From Octopus sinensis (taxonomy: Eukaryota): a stretch of DNA of 64,000 nt. How positions within the stretch are numbered: the first letter of the stretch is position 1; the number at the start of each line of letters is the position of its first letter. Of this stretch, positions 1-11,709 are shown piece by piece. A program made the position numbers and the translations under genes. Where the stretch lies: positions 166,470,001 through 166,534,000 of the forward strand of contig NC_042997.1 in assembly GCF_006345805.1 (NCBI RefSeq), given 5' to 3'. A model generated the notes under the pieces. That model was not told where the DNA came from. It ran no database searches and worked only from the letters and a program-made list of their open reading frames with translations.

Positions 1-773
1 TGGCACGTAAAAAAAAGCACCATCCGATTGTGGCCGTTGCCAGCCTCGTCTGGCCCCCGTGCCTGTGGCACATAAAAAGCACTATCCGATCATGGCAGTT
101 TGCCAGCCTCGTCTGGAAAGCGGACGTTAAATGATGATGATGATGATGATAATGATTATGTTTTGCCCAATGGTTAACTTTGAGATAATAGCAAACTTGA
201 CCCTGAAATCCAAGAAAAAAGACAGCTTTGGAATACTGGTGTGCACTAAAGTGTGGTTTCCAATAAAGCAACTGCAGAGTATTAATATGCTTTGAAATAC
301 AGCGCAGGATTTAGAATTTTCAGCTACTTGCATCTCTGACCAACATAACAACTTCCTAAACACAGCATTGCATTGATGACATCAATCTCAACTTATCTCT
401 TTGAAGTCATCATTCTCAGTAACTTCAATGCATAAGACTATTTTTATCGTTTGCACTTCTCACACACTAACTCTACATAAAAGCTGGATTGTTTACACTC
501 CTGATCTGTCTGTACTCATTAGCTTCATCACTGATTCATATCTTTGACCGAGCACACCAGTGTACATACTTTTACCCTGTCATTACCATCCCTGCTTCAC
601 TGAATCAGTCGACTATTGCATAGTTAAGGTAGTACAGTTATGGTCTCTGAATGCACAAAATCTGAACTTGATCCATTTGATGCTTCATATTAAAGGGTCA
701 ATATCTACCAGTTCTAAGCTAACAGATACCATCTTCATAGGTATGTTCTTTCCAAATGGTAATAAAAACAAAA

Positions 774-1004
774 GGTGACGAGCTGGCAGAAACGTTAGCA
801 CGCTGGGCGAAATGCGTAGCTGTATTTCGTCTGCCGTTACGTTGTGAGTTCAAATTCTGCCGAGGTCAACTTTGCCTTTCATCCTTTCGGGGTCGATAAA
901 TTAAGTACCAGTTGCGCACTGGGGTCAATGTAATCAACTTAATACCTATGTCTGTCCTTGTTTGCCCCCTTTATGTTTGGCCCCTTGTGGGTAATAAAGA
1001 AATA
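774..1004 (+). mobile_element. tRNA-derived SINE family A, full length, 16-bp TSD
   Basis: A/B-box-like head (TGGCAGAAAC..GAGTTCAAATT) and tail AATAAAGAAATA. TSD GGTAATAAAAACAAAA at 758-773 and 1005-1020. Confidence 0.9.
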
Positions 1005-1476
1005 GGTAATAAAAACAAAACCTTTTATGTGAATTGTTTTACTGACTGAAGTGATCAAATGTACACCTGCTTTGATTTCAGCATGTTGGTCTCATGACAC
1101 AAAGGTAAACTGAGAGTGTGTTCTGTATCATAGCTTGCTAAAAGTAGTAGCCAAACATTCCTCTTTAAAGGACAAATTGAAGAATGTAGTCTGAGGTGTA
1201 CTGTGTCAGAATAATCAAGATAGACAAGATTGAAGTATTTTTGATCATAGATCTGCTTGATCAAAACTAACCTGGGGCTAAAACAATAGCAACAACAGCA
1301 AATGTTTACAATGTAGCATACCACCCAAATGGTTGTGAAGTGTTCTGGAATCAAGTGATTTAGCAAAATCTTCCTACTGTTCATTTCTCAACCAAGACAG
1401 CTCCAGTAGAAACTTCCAGTTGACACAGTTACCACTTTTGTTGCTTGTTTTATTATTATTATTATCATTATTATTT

Positions 1477-1702
1477 GTTTCTTTATTGCCCACAAGGGGC
1501 TAAACATAGAGGCGACAAACAAGGACAAAGGGATTAAGTTGATTACATCGACCCCAGTGTGTAACTGGTACTTATTTAATCGACCCCGAAAGGATGAAAA
1601 GCAAAGCCAACCTTGGTGGAATTTGAACACGGAACGTAGCGGCAGACGAAATACTGCTAAGCATTTCGCCCGGCATGCAAACGATTCTGCCAGCTCACCG
1701 CC
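1477..1702 (-). mobile_element. SINE family A
   Basis: Reverse complement of the 774-1004 element, flanked by (TAT)n. Confidence 0.85.
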
Positions 1703-1733
<31 letters not shown>

Positions 1734-2518
1734 GTTTGGTTTGGAAGAAGGGTCTGTATCCATGACTTTGGAAAGCTCTCCAAGACTAGTACAGAGATAA
1801 TATCGATGTTCATCTTGGAAAAGTCCCAATTTAAAGGTTGCAGGGAAGGAATGTGCAGAGAGGGATTTCCAGTAAACCAATGTTCTGGGGAGGAAAGAGA
1901 GAGAATGGTGGATAGAGAGAATGGACTGCCAAGTGAGTGAGATATGCCTGAGTAGAGGTGGTACAAAATCAGAAAACTCAGAGGACTAGAGGGCTGTCAT
2001 ACTTAACACTGTATACATGCAATAAATCTTTGAAACTCTATTGATGGTCAGCAATATATTTTAAAATGGGATCTACAGAAGTCAGTAGGTCTTAACATAG
2101 CAGCCAGATGATCAGTGTAATTGACTTCTTATTATCTTCAAAGAAGGTACTAAAAAAATCAATAAAGTAGCTTTTATGCTCAATTAGCTCAATGTACTAT
2201 TGAAATGTAGCTCAACAAACTCATTATAATCTTTGAAATGGGGATCACATAACTCATAATTGTATGGCAACATACTTTACAATAAAAATGAATTGACCAT
2301 GGTTAGAATTGCACTCATACACTGATGTTAAACTCAAACAAACAAGATAGACATATTTGTACACCAATTATTAAAAAATTATGAGCTCTTTCTGAATATC
2401 TAATTAGCCATATCCATGCCATGCTTTCTTAAGTAAATGTAATCAACAAATTCCACAACAACTATGCTTAATTAGAATTGAGGCTATTACACAACTACAA
2501 TAAAAATAATGAACTTAC

Positions 2519-2695
2519 CGTCTTGACAAAAATCTCCAACAAATCCAGGCGGACATGTACAAGCACCAGTAAAAAGGTTACAAGTAGAATTATGTTGACA
2601 GAGACAAAGTTGACTGCAGTTGACTCCATATCTGCCATGTGGACAAGGAACATGACAATCATCCCCCATCCATCCTTCAGTACAAAGACAACCAG
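2519..2695 (-). CDS. NAGPA: NAGPA exon 8 (EGF/laminin-EGF-like stalk AGCLCTEGWMGDDC..CPPGFVGDFCQD); gene continues, downstream exons not found
   Basis: Cys spacing continues the EGF repeats. ATTAG|/|GTAAGT, 177 nt, phases 1/1. Confidence 0.9.
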
Positions 2696-3302
2696 CTAAT
2701 AATGATAAAATACAAACAATTAAATCAGTATTTTGAGCAATAACTCTTTTTAATTTTGGTACAAGGTCAACAATTTTGAAGGGAAAGTGAAGTCAATAAC
2801 ATCAACCCCAGTACTCAACTGGTACTTACTTTATTGACTTCTAAAGGATAAAATGTTAAGTTGACATTGGCAGCATTTGAACTCAGAATGTAAAAAGCAG
2901 GATTGAGTGTAGCCTTAACTGGGATATAATACAGAAGGCGCAGCCTTATAGAGATAGTCAATACGGGTGTGAGCTGTGCTCTATGGAAATTTATGAGATT
3001 TTTAAGTATAGGGAAAAGAACAACCTGATTAATAATAAGTTAGACCTAAGGGTATCATGCATGCATAACATCACTTGTACATTTAAGTATTTTCATAACA
3101 AACGATTATAAGTGCCATACTTGAACTATGATGGTGGAAATTAATTTTGGTGTTGTATCCATTATAAACTTACTCGCTTGTATTAAAGATAATAAAATCA
3201 TGGGATATTATGTTATATGGTGAATTAAATTGCATTGCATATGTTTGAGCTATATGTTATGGTATGTAGTGTGCTATATATGATACTATCCGTTGATAAC
3301 TC

Positions 3303-3696
3303 CTGCCTAGTTAGTCTGACTTCATTCTATTGGTGATTGCACTATTTTCATTTCTATGATGTTCTACCCTACTTATCATATTATGTATATTTGTAGTGAC
3401 TTTATGTAAGTAAGTCTCCTTTCAACTAAATCACATACCTGCTAGAAACTATAAAATCATACATACAATAGCACCTGTAACATTACAACTTACAAAATCT
3501 GCCTAGTTAGTCTGACTTCATTCTATTGGTGATTACAGTATTTTCATTTCTATGATGTTCTACCCTACTGATCATATTATGTATATTTGTAGTGACTTTA
3601 TGTAAGTAAGTCTCCTTTCAACTAAATCATATACCTGCTAGAAACTATAAAATCATACATACAATAGCACCTGTAACATTACAACTTACAAAATCT
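3303..3696 (+). repeat. Direct tandem duplication, 196-bp period, two copies
   Basis: CTGCCTAGTTAG...TACAAAATCT occurs twice with few substitutions and a CT overlap at the junction. Confidence 0.95.
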
Positions 3697-4287
3697 CTTC
3701 AGTCTGAATACTTTTGACTGCCCTCACTACATCCACACCTATTACCCCCTCTTTTCGGGTTACCTTTATCTCTTCCCAACCTCAAATTTTAATCCCCTGT
3801 CTCTTTAAATGTAGGTTATATGTATTTCTTATTATTTTCTATAAATTCTTATTTTGTTTTCTTACTTTGAAATCCTTACCTATTAACCTCTTATCTCTTA
3901 TAAATTGTTACTTTTCTTGCTCTTAAATAGATATTTTTCAGTTACTTAAGTCTATGCGAGATGATTAAACTATATCCATATCATCATCATCATCATCATC
4001 CATATAAACATATAAATATCTGTGTATGTGTATATGTGCATATATATAAATGAGTGTGTATCTGTACACATCTTTATTTTTTTCTGATTCATGGCTTACA
4101 ATTAATATATAGATAGCATGTTTATCTTTCCAGTTATTCAATAAGAAAATGCCCTGAGCAGTCTTTATAGAAACCACCAAATAAGTAATTAATTAAGTAC
4201 ATGAATGAATATTAAACTGATTCTATGAACTGCATCACTACATTATATCCTGTTACTTATTTTGATTTTACACATATATATATATAT

Positions 4288-4580
4288 CACCGTGACCGAC
4301 CAGGCTATCAGATGTTGCTACACATCGCTGGTCACAATGCACTTCCCATTGTTTTAGCCTTCAAATGATGCCAACCCACTGGCTAAGTGAGCAGGCCAGC
4401 AGAAGAAAGAGTGACAGAAAGTTGTGGTGAAAGAGTACAGCAGGGATCATCACCACCCCCTGCCGGAGCCTCGTGCAGCTTTAGGTCTTTTCACTCAATA
4501 ACACTCACAACACCTGGTCTGGGAATCGAAGCCGCGATCCTACGACCACGAGTCTGCTGCCCTAACCACTGGGACGTTGC
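4288..4580 (-). mobile_element. tRNA-derived SINE family C
   Basis: Head GGAGGCGCAACGTCCCAGTGGTTAGGGCAGCAGACTCG..TTCGATTCCCAGACC. Related heads at 17743-18030 (+) and 59716-59962 (+). Confidence 0.7.
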
Positions 4581-4917
4581 GCCTCCACATACATCCCATA
4601 CAGTGCCATGTGAAAGCACCTGTGCTGCACCACATAAAAGTGCCTGTGCAGTGCCACATAAAAGCATCTATGCAGCACCACAAAAGTACCTGTGCAGCCC
4701 CACATAAATGCACCCAAGCAGTGCCATGTAAAATCACCCAGCATACTCTGTAAAGTGGTTGGCATAAGGAAGGGCATCGAATCATAGAAACCATGCCAAA
4801 TCAGACTGATGCAGCTCCCCAGCTCTGGTCAAATCGTCCAACCCATGCCAGCATAGACAATAGACGTTAAATGATGATGATAATTAGATGGTTGTTTGTT
4901 AAGACTGGTCAGAAAGT

Positions 4918-5040
4918 ACATTATTTACATTTGATGGATATTTGTCCACATCTTGTTTGTTGTTAACACAAGATGAGGACAAATATCCATCAAATGTGAA
5001 TAATGTACATAATTACTCATCTCTTAAATATAGAACTGTA
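4918..5040. mobile_element. Collapsed palindromic family H insertion (tails only)
   Basis: About 38-bp inverted arms, 13-nt loop and a one-sided 34-nt extension. Perfect 12-bp TSD TGGTCAGAAAGT at 4906-4917 and 5041-5052. Confidence 0.85.
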
Positions 5041-5164
5041 TGGTCAGAAAGTGACCATTAGTTTCACACCTATGGTCACTCTTTGACCGGCCATAACAAA
5101 CAACCTTCTAAATATATTACTGCTATGTTTTAACGTCTGCATTTGTTTTTGGATATATGAACTA

Positions 5165-5440
5165 CTGATGATATATTCATTCATTCGATTCTCATTGTGC
5201 TTTGTGGCACTCGAGGTGGCAGCAAGATCATTCCATCTTCTAACACTGAAAGCATCCTTAACAGATTGTTCCATAGTTGACCCTCTGCTTTTTAGATTTC
5301 CTTTGGTTGGCCATGTCTTCTTTTACCTTGTGGAACCCATTGCAAAGCGATCCTGGCAACAAACTCAAGCCAACCATTTCCATCTCCTTGCTTCAACAGT
5401 TTCTCTTATTGGTTTTACGTTTGCCTTGGTGTGTAGTTAA
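5165..5440 (-). mobile_element. Decayed RTE LINE 3' fragment
   Basis: RRWKWL..LQWVPQGKRRHGQPK.. with frameshifts, an RTE C-terminal motif. Confidence 0.55.
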
Positions 5441-5467
5441 CTATTCGAGATCATATTTGGCCAGTAT

Positions 5468-5690
5468 TGGACATTGTTGTAGAGCTGAAAACGAGGCAAT
5501 TTCTACTCTTCTCCTCTGGAAGCCATATACTCGCAATACCAGAGGGCGCACACTCTCCTACCCTGATGTAATCTCCAGGGATACAGGCATCCAACAATAG
5601 GACCTATGTAATGCTATGATGGACCGTGAAGTCTGGCGTAGCATGGTAAATTCCATTGTCTCGACCACGGTCGAACAATGATGATGATGA
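5468..5690 (+). mobile_element. 5'-truncated RTE-clade LINE 3' end with (TGA)n tail
   Basis: GHCCR..LLLWKP..GRTLSYPD..DREVWRSMV. Perfect 11-bp TSD TTGGCCAGTAT at 5457-5467 and 5691-5701. Confidence 0.8.
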
Positions 5691-5847
5691 TTGGCCAGTA
5701 TACTTTCAAAATTTATATACATACATGCATACATACACACACACACACACACTTTTCCTTGGTTAGTCTGGAGTGTCCATACTACTGTCTCATGAGGCAT
5801 GTTCATTGAAGCAATTTTGAAATATATTTCAAGAATGTTCTACGTAC

Positions 5848-6047
5848 CTTCTGTACATTTCCCATGTTCACTGCAGTCATTTTCACATTTAACAGTTTGA
5901 CACTGATCACCTGACCAGAGACCTGAACAGTTACAACGACCAAAGACACACTGACCGTGTCCATTACAGTCAGGGGGATCACAAAGAGGTTCATGTACAC
6001 ACAATATTGTTGACACCTCACGAGGACATCGGAACTTTTTATCACTA
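5848..6047 (-). CDS. NAGPA: NAGPA exon 7 (RCPREVSTILCVHEP plus EGF-like repeats)
   Basis: Matches human RCPRQVSTVVCVHEPRCQPPDCHGHGTC. TTTAG|/|GTACGT, 200 nt. Confidence 0.95.
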
Positions 6048-6470
6048 CTAAATAAAAAGAAATACAAAAAAAAAATAAACAGCATAAAAACCAAACAGAA
6101 AAAGAAAAGCAATTTTCACTCAAAATACATCTGTCATATAACATTGTAGGTTAATTTTTACTGTTTCTCGTTATGATTTCAGATAATTGTTGGTAACAAA
6201 GGGATTCTTTCGCTTTGCCAAAAGTAAAAGATAGGAAACCTAATGCTGCATATTTTACCTTTTAGTTATTTTCAGTCACTGGACAGTAGTCATGCTGGGG
6301 AACCAACTTGAAGGGTGCCCTTCCTAACACCAACCAGTCTGAGAGTGTAATGGGCACTTTAATGTGCCACTGGCATGGGTGCCATTTGCATGACACTGGT
6401 ACCTGCCATGTCTGTGATTTTGTTTGGCTAGATGGGTCTTCTTCTTAAGCATGACATAATGCCAAAGGGC

Positions 6471-6666
6471 TTGGTCATTGCCTCTATGAGGCCCAACACT
6501 CGAAAGGAACTTGGCCACTTTGCCTCCGTGAGGCTCAACACTCAAAAAGAACTCAGCCACTTTGCCTCTGTGAGGCCCAACTCTTGAAAGGAACTTAGTC
6601 ATTTTGCTTCCATGAAGCTCAACACTCGAAAGGAACTTGGCCACTTTGCCTCCATGAGGCCCAGCA
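6471..6666 (+). repeat. About 42-bp minisatellite, about 5 diverged units
   Basis: Unit about CTTGGCCACTTTGCCTCCATGAGGCCCAACACTCGAAAGGAA. Confidence 0.85.
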
Positions 6667-7275
6667 TTTAAAAGTTAAATGTAATGACATTTAGAGGCGT
6701 TTTGTTCAGCTTAGAATATTAGAATCTTCTTCATATCCAAATTGCTATAACTGTATCATTGTAACAGGCACAAACATGGCTGTATGGTTAAGACGCTTGC
6801 TTTTGAACCATTTGATTTTGGGTTCAGTCTTACAGTATGGCACCTTGGGTGAGAGTCTTCTACCTAAACTCCAGGTCAACCAAGCTGTGTAAGAAGATTT
6901 GGGAGATGGAAACTGAAAGAAGCCTGTCATGTGTATGTGTGTTTGTGTGCATCCAGTGTATGTGTGTATGTGTTGTGTACACATGTGAAGGTTGTAAATG
7001 AACATCATTGTCATATTAGCAAGGAAGTTTGTTTCTGTGAAAAACCTGTCTGGCCATGGAGAAATAGTACTTTGCTTGGAAACAAGTGAGGGTTAGAGGC
7101 AAGAAGGATATCTGGCTGTTGGTAAAATGGACATTAAATGACAATGCATAGTTGTCTCTTCAGTAAATTATGAAACACAAGGACACAAGCACATACACAC
7201 ACACAAATGCATACACAGACATATATATTTTTAATTTCAAAACTGAGACGGGTTACATCAAAATTTTTCTCTTAC

Positions 7276-7404
7276 CACATATCTGATGGGTTGTTGACCA
7301 AAGTTCCATTCATTACAAGTGTAACTGAGCCACCGCCATCTAAATTGATAGCATTGACTGCACCAAGGTCTTTCATGATGTCGGCCAATTCATACAAATT
7401 GATG
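7276..7404 (-). CDS. NAGPA: NAGPA exon 6 (INLYELADIMKDLGAVNAINLDGGGSVTLVMNGTLVNNPSDMC)
   Basis: Diagnostic NAINLDGGGS motif of the NAGPA phosphodiester glycosidase domain. AACAG|/|GTAAGA, 129 nt. Confidence 0.97.
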
Positions 7405-8063
7405 CTGTTAGCACAGATGAGAAAATGTGTAAACTAGTAACAATAATAATATGAAATCAATCAAATATCAATAATGATACCAAAACAACTATGTTTTTTT
7501 TTATACCAAAACTTACATCTTCATAAAAGGTATTTTTGAATAGTTGAAATAGCATTGATTTTCATCCCCAAAACTGATAATATTTTGACCATCTAATAAC
7601 AACCCCGGCAACTATCTAATAATTCTCAACAACAATCTTCTCCAATAACTATCTAGCAACACTTCCAATCTAACAACTCAAACAACCACATAACAACACC
7701 TCTAGCATCTATTTAACAACTCCTCCAAAAGCTACATAACAGTGAACTAACAAATATATAATGAGTTATAATTTAGGTACAAAGCCAGCAATTTTGAGGG
7801 TAGCAAGTAAGTCAATCATCAATCCTCCGTACTTGGTTGACACTTTATTTTATGGACCCTAAGAAAGATGAAAGATAAAGCTAACCTCAATAGAATTTGA
7901 ATTTAAGGTATAAATAACCAGAACATATATTGCAAGGCATTTTTTTCCCTAGTCCTCTAAAGATTCTGCTAATCCACTACCCTTAATGAATATATTATAT
8001 TAAAACTCACTACAATAATATGACAACTCCTCCAACCACTATCAATTTTACAGTTATTTTTAA

Positions 8064-9364
8064 GAGTTTTGTATGACTCAGACTATGGAAGTTTGACCCA
8101 GTTTTGTAGAGACCTAAACTACCAAAACTCAGTAAAATCGTGCTATAGCTGCAGTATTATATATTTTGTGTCGCATATTTAAAAAATTCTCGAAAATGTT
8201 AACTTTTCGAAAAGTTACAATGTTTTCTTTAAATCTCTAAGGTATTTCACCTGTTTTCCTATACTTAACCTCTAAAGAAGATATTTTGCTCGTTATCTTT
8301 GCCTCAGTTGGATACGTGGATATATCATCGAGTGGAGGATGTCTTTGTTGGAACAATTTCCATGCCCTGCGTGGGGTAATGTTAGGATCTTCCCGAAATA
8401 TTTCCAGCACTGTTGACTTGAATGGATCATGAATTCCACAGCTAGCATTATACAATATTGATTGTCCCTTTCTTTTCTTTGCCGTCAAGGATGAAATAAC
8501 AGTTGAATTTCTGTTTCCGATGGTAAATCCAAATGTCTAGGATGTCTACATTTAAGTTCCACTAACTTTTTACCTGGACCTCATTTCATAGCTTCGTTTT
8601 CATTACTCAAATTAAACATATCAATAATTTCTTGATTAAATGGATCCACATACTTTCAACCATACTTGTACAACATTTCTCGGCAATGCACCTCGTACTT
8701 TAATGATATTTTCCGCTAATTTGCCTTCATCGATGACACCGTCTCCTTCTTTTTTAACAACCTCTTTCATAGGGCCTTCGGCATCATATGGACTAATGAT
8801 AGAGCATACTTTTTATATTATGGTACTGGTTAGTTTCACTAGTCGCTTTTTAGCTGCTTCGTCAAAGTCTTCCATTCGGGTACTTTCACGTTTAGCCTTT
8901 CCTGGTAATGATGATACTGATTTTAAACCAAATGCTTCATACAATGCCCCCACTGTTGAAACAATTCGCAATGGATCGCTGACTTCTGGTTCAGAATCCT
9001 CTTGTTCAGTACACACACTACATTTTCTTGTATTCATATTTGTTTTACGTGTGCCGACACCTCCCAAGAGTCGTATTCTCTTTGTGGCACACGTGTTTAC
9101 ATTTTCGTTGCATTTATTATCTCCACGACATGTATATCCACATCTGTAACATCCTTGACAACTAATACATCTACCTTTTTTTCAAGTATATGATAATTCT
9201 GATATAACTGCCAATTGGGAGAAGTAAAATCAAAATCTGGACTACCTGTGTGGTTTTTTTGGTATATTAATTTTAACCAATTGCCCCATTTATTATTCAG
9301 TTTGCGACAATTCAGTATTTCAAAGTTCTACAAAAAGTCAATATTCTGACATGTGAAGCGACTC
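8064..9364 (-). mobile_element. Unclassified decayed coding relic flanked by TTAA (probable DNA transposon)
   Basis: Long broken minus-strand frame with a Cys cluster (CISCQGCYRCGYTC). TTAA|GAGT..TCAGA.TAT imperfect inverted ends. Confidence 0.4.
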
Positions 9365-9759
9365 TTAAATTTTGATGTAAAAAAAAAAAAAACAGAAAGA
9401 AAAGGCACAGTAAAAACACCCACTGACTCTAGCAGTGGTGACATATGTATTCAGAACCATAAAGTACCAAACTTGGTTACTATTTTTCATGCAGTTTGAT
9501 TCTCTACAATTTTCTCTTGTTTGATTAAATAGACACAAAATAGTATAAGACAAAGGAACAAAAGATCAACTTTTGATTAATTAAGACAATGACCTGATTT
9601 TGATATTCAACTGATGTATTTTGATTTTACTTACACATTTAATATCCTTGAGAAAAGCATGAACATCACATATTTCTCTAAAAATATACAGTTTTTTTTT
9701 TTGCATAATCAAGAAATTACCATAACAAATATGTAAGAAACAAAAGATTTTCTAATTAC

Positions 9760-9868
9760 CCATGTTTGCCTGTTTCTCCATCTACTTGCACCATAATAAC
9801 CCTGCCTTCTTTATCATGGCCAACAGCATTACGTGCAGATATCACAGATATAAATCTTTGAATATTAC
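9760..9868 (-). CDS. NAGPA: NAGPA exon 5 (GNIQRFISVISARNAVGHDKEGRVIMVQVDGETGKHG)
   Basis: SAR-A-GHD motif as in human SARTAIGHD. ATTAG|/|GTAATT, 109 nt, phases 1/2. Confidence 0.95.
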
Positions 9869-10377
9869 CTAATATATATATAAACACATACAAATAAAAT
9901 GAAGAGAATTTGACTAAAACAAAATATAAATATTCAGTTTAAAAGGCAAAGTAAAATTACGTTTTAATTTTGTTTTTAGCTCGATCAATAAAGTACAGAT
10001 GGTGTATCTGAAAGAGTGAGGGCATGTCATTGATGAAGTCATGAATGGCAATTAAAAGACTTTGACAAACAACTGATTAATTGTTATACCAGTATATTAA
10101 GCAATTAATCACTCAATCAATTAGTTCGCTGGCTAAATAATTAACCAATTGACTATCAATAAAGAAGTGGTATTAAACCAGTGCATGGGTCTATTATTAT
10201 TAACATAATGACCCTCCCAAGATGCAAAAGGATTTGTTTTAACACACAATTTCATGTCAAATACCTTGCAAATCAAATCCAAATATGAAGTTAAATTCAT
10301 ACAGATAGAGTAAAAATTCAAGAAAGTATCAGCAGTGGTTCAAACAGCTATTAAAAAATTTACATAAAACTCTTATA

Positions 10378-11072
10378 CAGGTACACAATCCTTTATCTGG
10401 AAAGCCCCCAAAACTGAACTTTTTTGTGGAGAGTGGAGCACGTCTTAACAGGGGTTGTTTGGTGTGCAAACAGCTGACCACAGTGACCCAATTCACTCAG
10501 GTATGACATAGCAATGCTTGGCAGGTTGGCTGCCATTTACTGCCAAGTGTCAGTAGTGGCTCAGCACTTGTAGGGAGAAAGCGTCCGTTTGCTGTTTGCT
10601 GTCTTCATGTTGTTTCTTGTGACTTTGTATATAATTTACCCTGAAAATGTCAAAAAGGACTGCAGATACCCCAATGGATAATAGTGAGAAAAAGAAAAGG
10701 AAACATTTAACATTATCAATAATGCAGAAAGTGGAATTTCTACAGACACTTAATTGTGGTGTGTCTGTGCAGCAGCTCACTGAAGAATATGATGTTAGAA
10801 CTAGCACTGTGTATGACTTAAAGAAACAGAAAGACAAATTTACTGAAATTTAATAGCAAGAGTGATCACAAACTGATGAAAAAAGGATAACACTACATAG
10901 GGCAAAAAATGAAGATCTTGACCATGATAGAATGGATTTCACAATGAAGGGAATGTATGCCACTGAATGGTTTGTTGGTCATGAAACAAGCTAGAATATA
11001 TCGTAAATAATTGAACATTGAAGGAGAGTGAATATTCAGAAGGTTGGCTGCAGAAATTTAAGAAGCATCATG
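10378..11072 (+). mobile_element. Tigger/pogo-like transposase N-terminal relic in NAGPA intron 4
   Basis: KKKRKHLTLSI.QKVE..GVSV..L.EEY.V..STVYDLKKQK (CENP-B/psq HTH), followed by GWLQKFKK; TA|CAGG start. Confidence 0.75.
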
Positions 11073-11575
11073 AATAGAGCATTTTATTACAGATGAAATA
11101 CATTAGAAATATTGAGAGGAAGAGAAGCAAATACATAAGCAAGGTTTAGGTGGAGGTGATACTCTTGAGTTCTAATGGATGGATGGATAGAGAATCAAAA
11201 GGAAGAGTGAATGTTGGTAGATTAATGATTGGCCCCCATTAATGAGTGAAAACTTTTGGTTAGGCAGATAACCTTCATCTCTATTTATTTTTTTTTCATG
11301 TGGGGGTAATTTCAGCCTCACAATAGACAGCAGTCTGTTGGCTGGATGAAGCAACCATAACTGTCTTTTTTCTCTTTATATGGTGACTTAATTTATCTTT
11401 ATGAGCACACATTCATTGTCAGTTGTTATATGTAGATACTATTGATAAGGACTATAATGTTAGACTATTATAAAATTTGGTTTAAAATAGAATTATTTAT
11501 TGATAAATTCACACCCATTTCAACAAGACAGCAGTAGCATCAACAAGATTTGTGGTTTGAAGTTCCAGAACTTAC

Positions 11576-11709
11576 CACTTTCTTGTGCTTCAGAACATTC
11601 TAGCTTTGCACTTTCATCAACATACACATCTCCATCTCTAATAAGCCAGATAACACCACCAACAAGTTGAATAAAGTCTTTGGCAACAATATCTATTTCA
11701 GATAAATAC
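11576..11709 (-). CDS. NAGPA: NAGPA exon 4 (YLSEIDIVAKDFIQLVGGVIWLIRDGDVYVDESAKLECSEAQES)
   Basis: Matches human YLSEEEV..FVQLLSGVVWLIRNGSIYINES..EC.ETQET. TTCAG|/|GTAAGT, 134 nt. Confidence 0.95.

Noticed and set aside
476-530. Minus-strand frame DEANEYRQIRSVNNPAFM* resembling the NAGPA YxxPhi/NPF cytosolic tail
   Set aside because: There is an in-frame TGA just upstream, the only available acceptor lacks a pyrimidine tract, and no TM exon links it to exon 8.
6471-6666. CRISPR-like or coding 14-aa repeat (ORF 6324-6644)
   Set aside because: Contiguous diverged units without unique spacers, eukaryotic context, and an intronic position.
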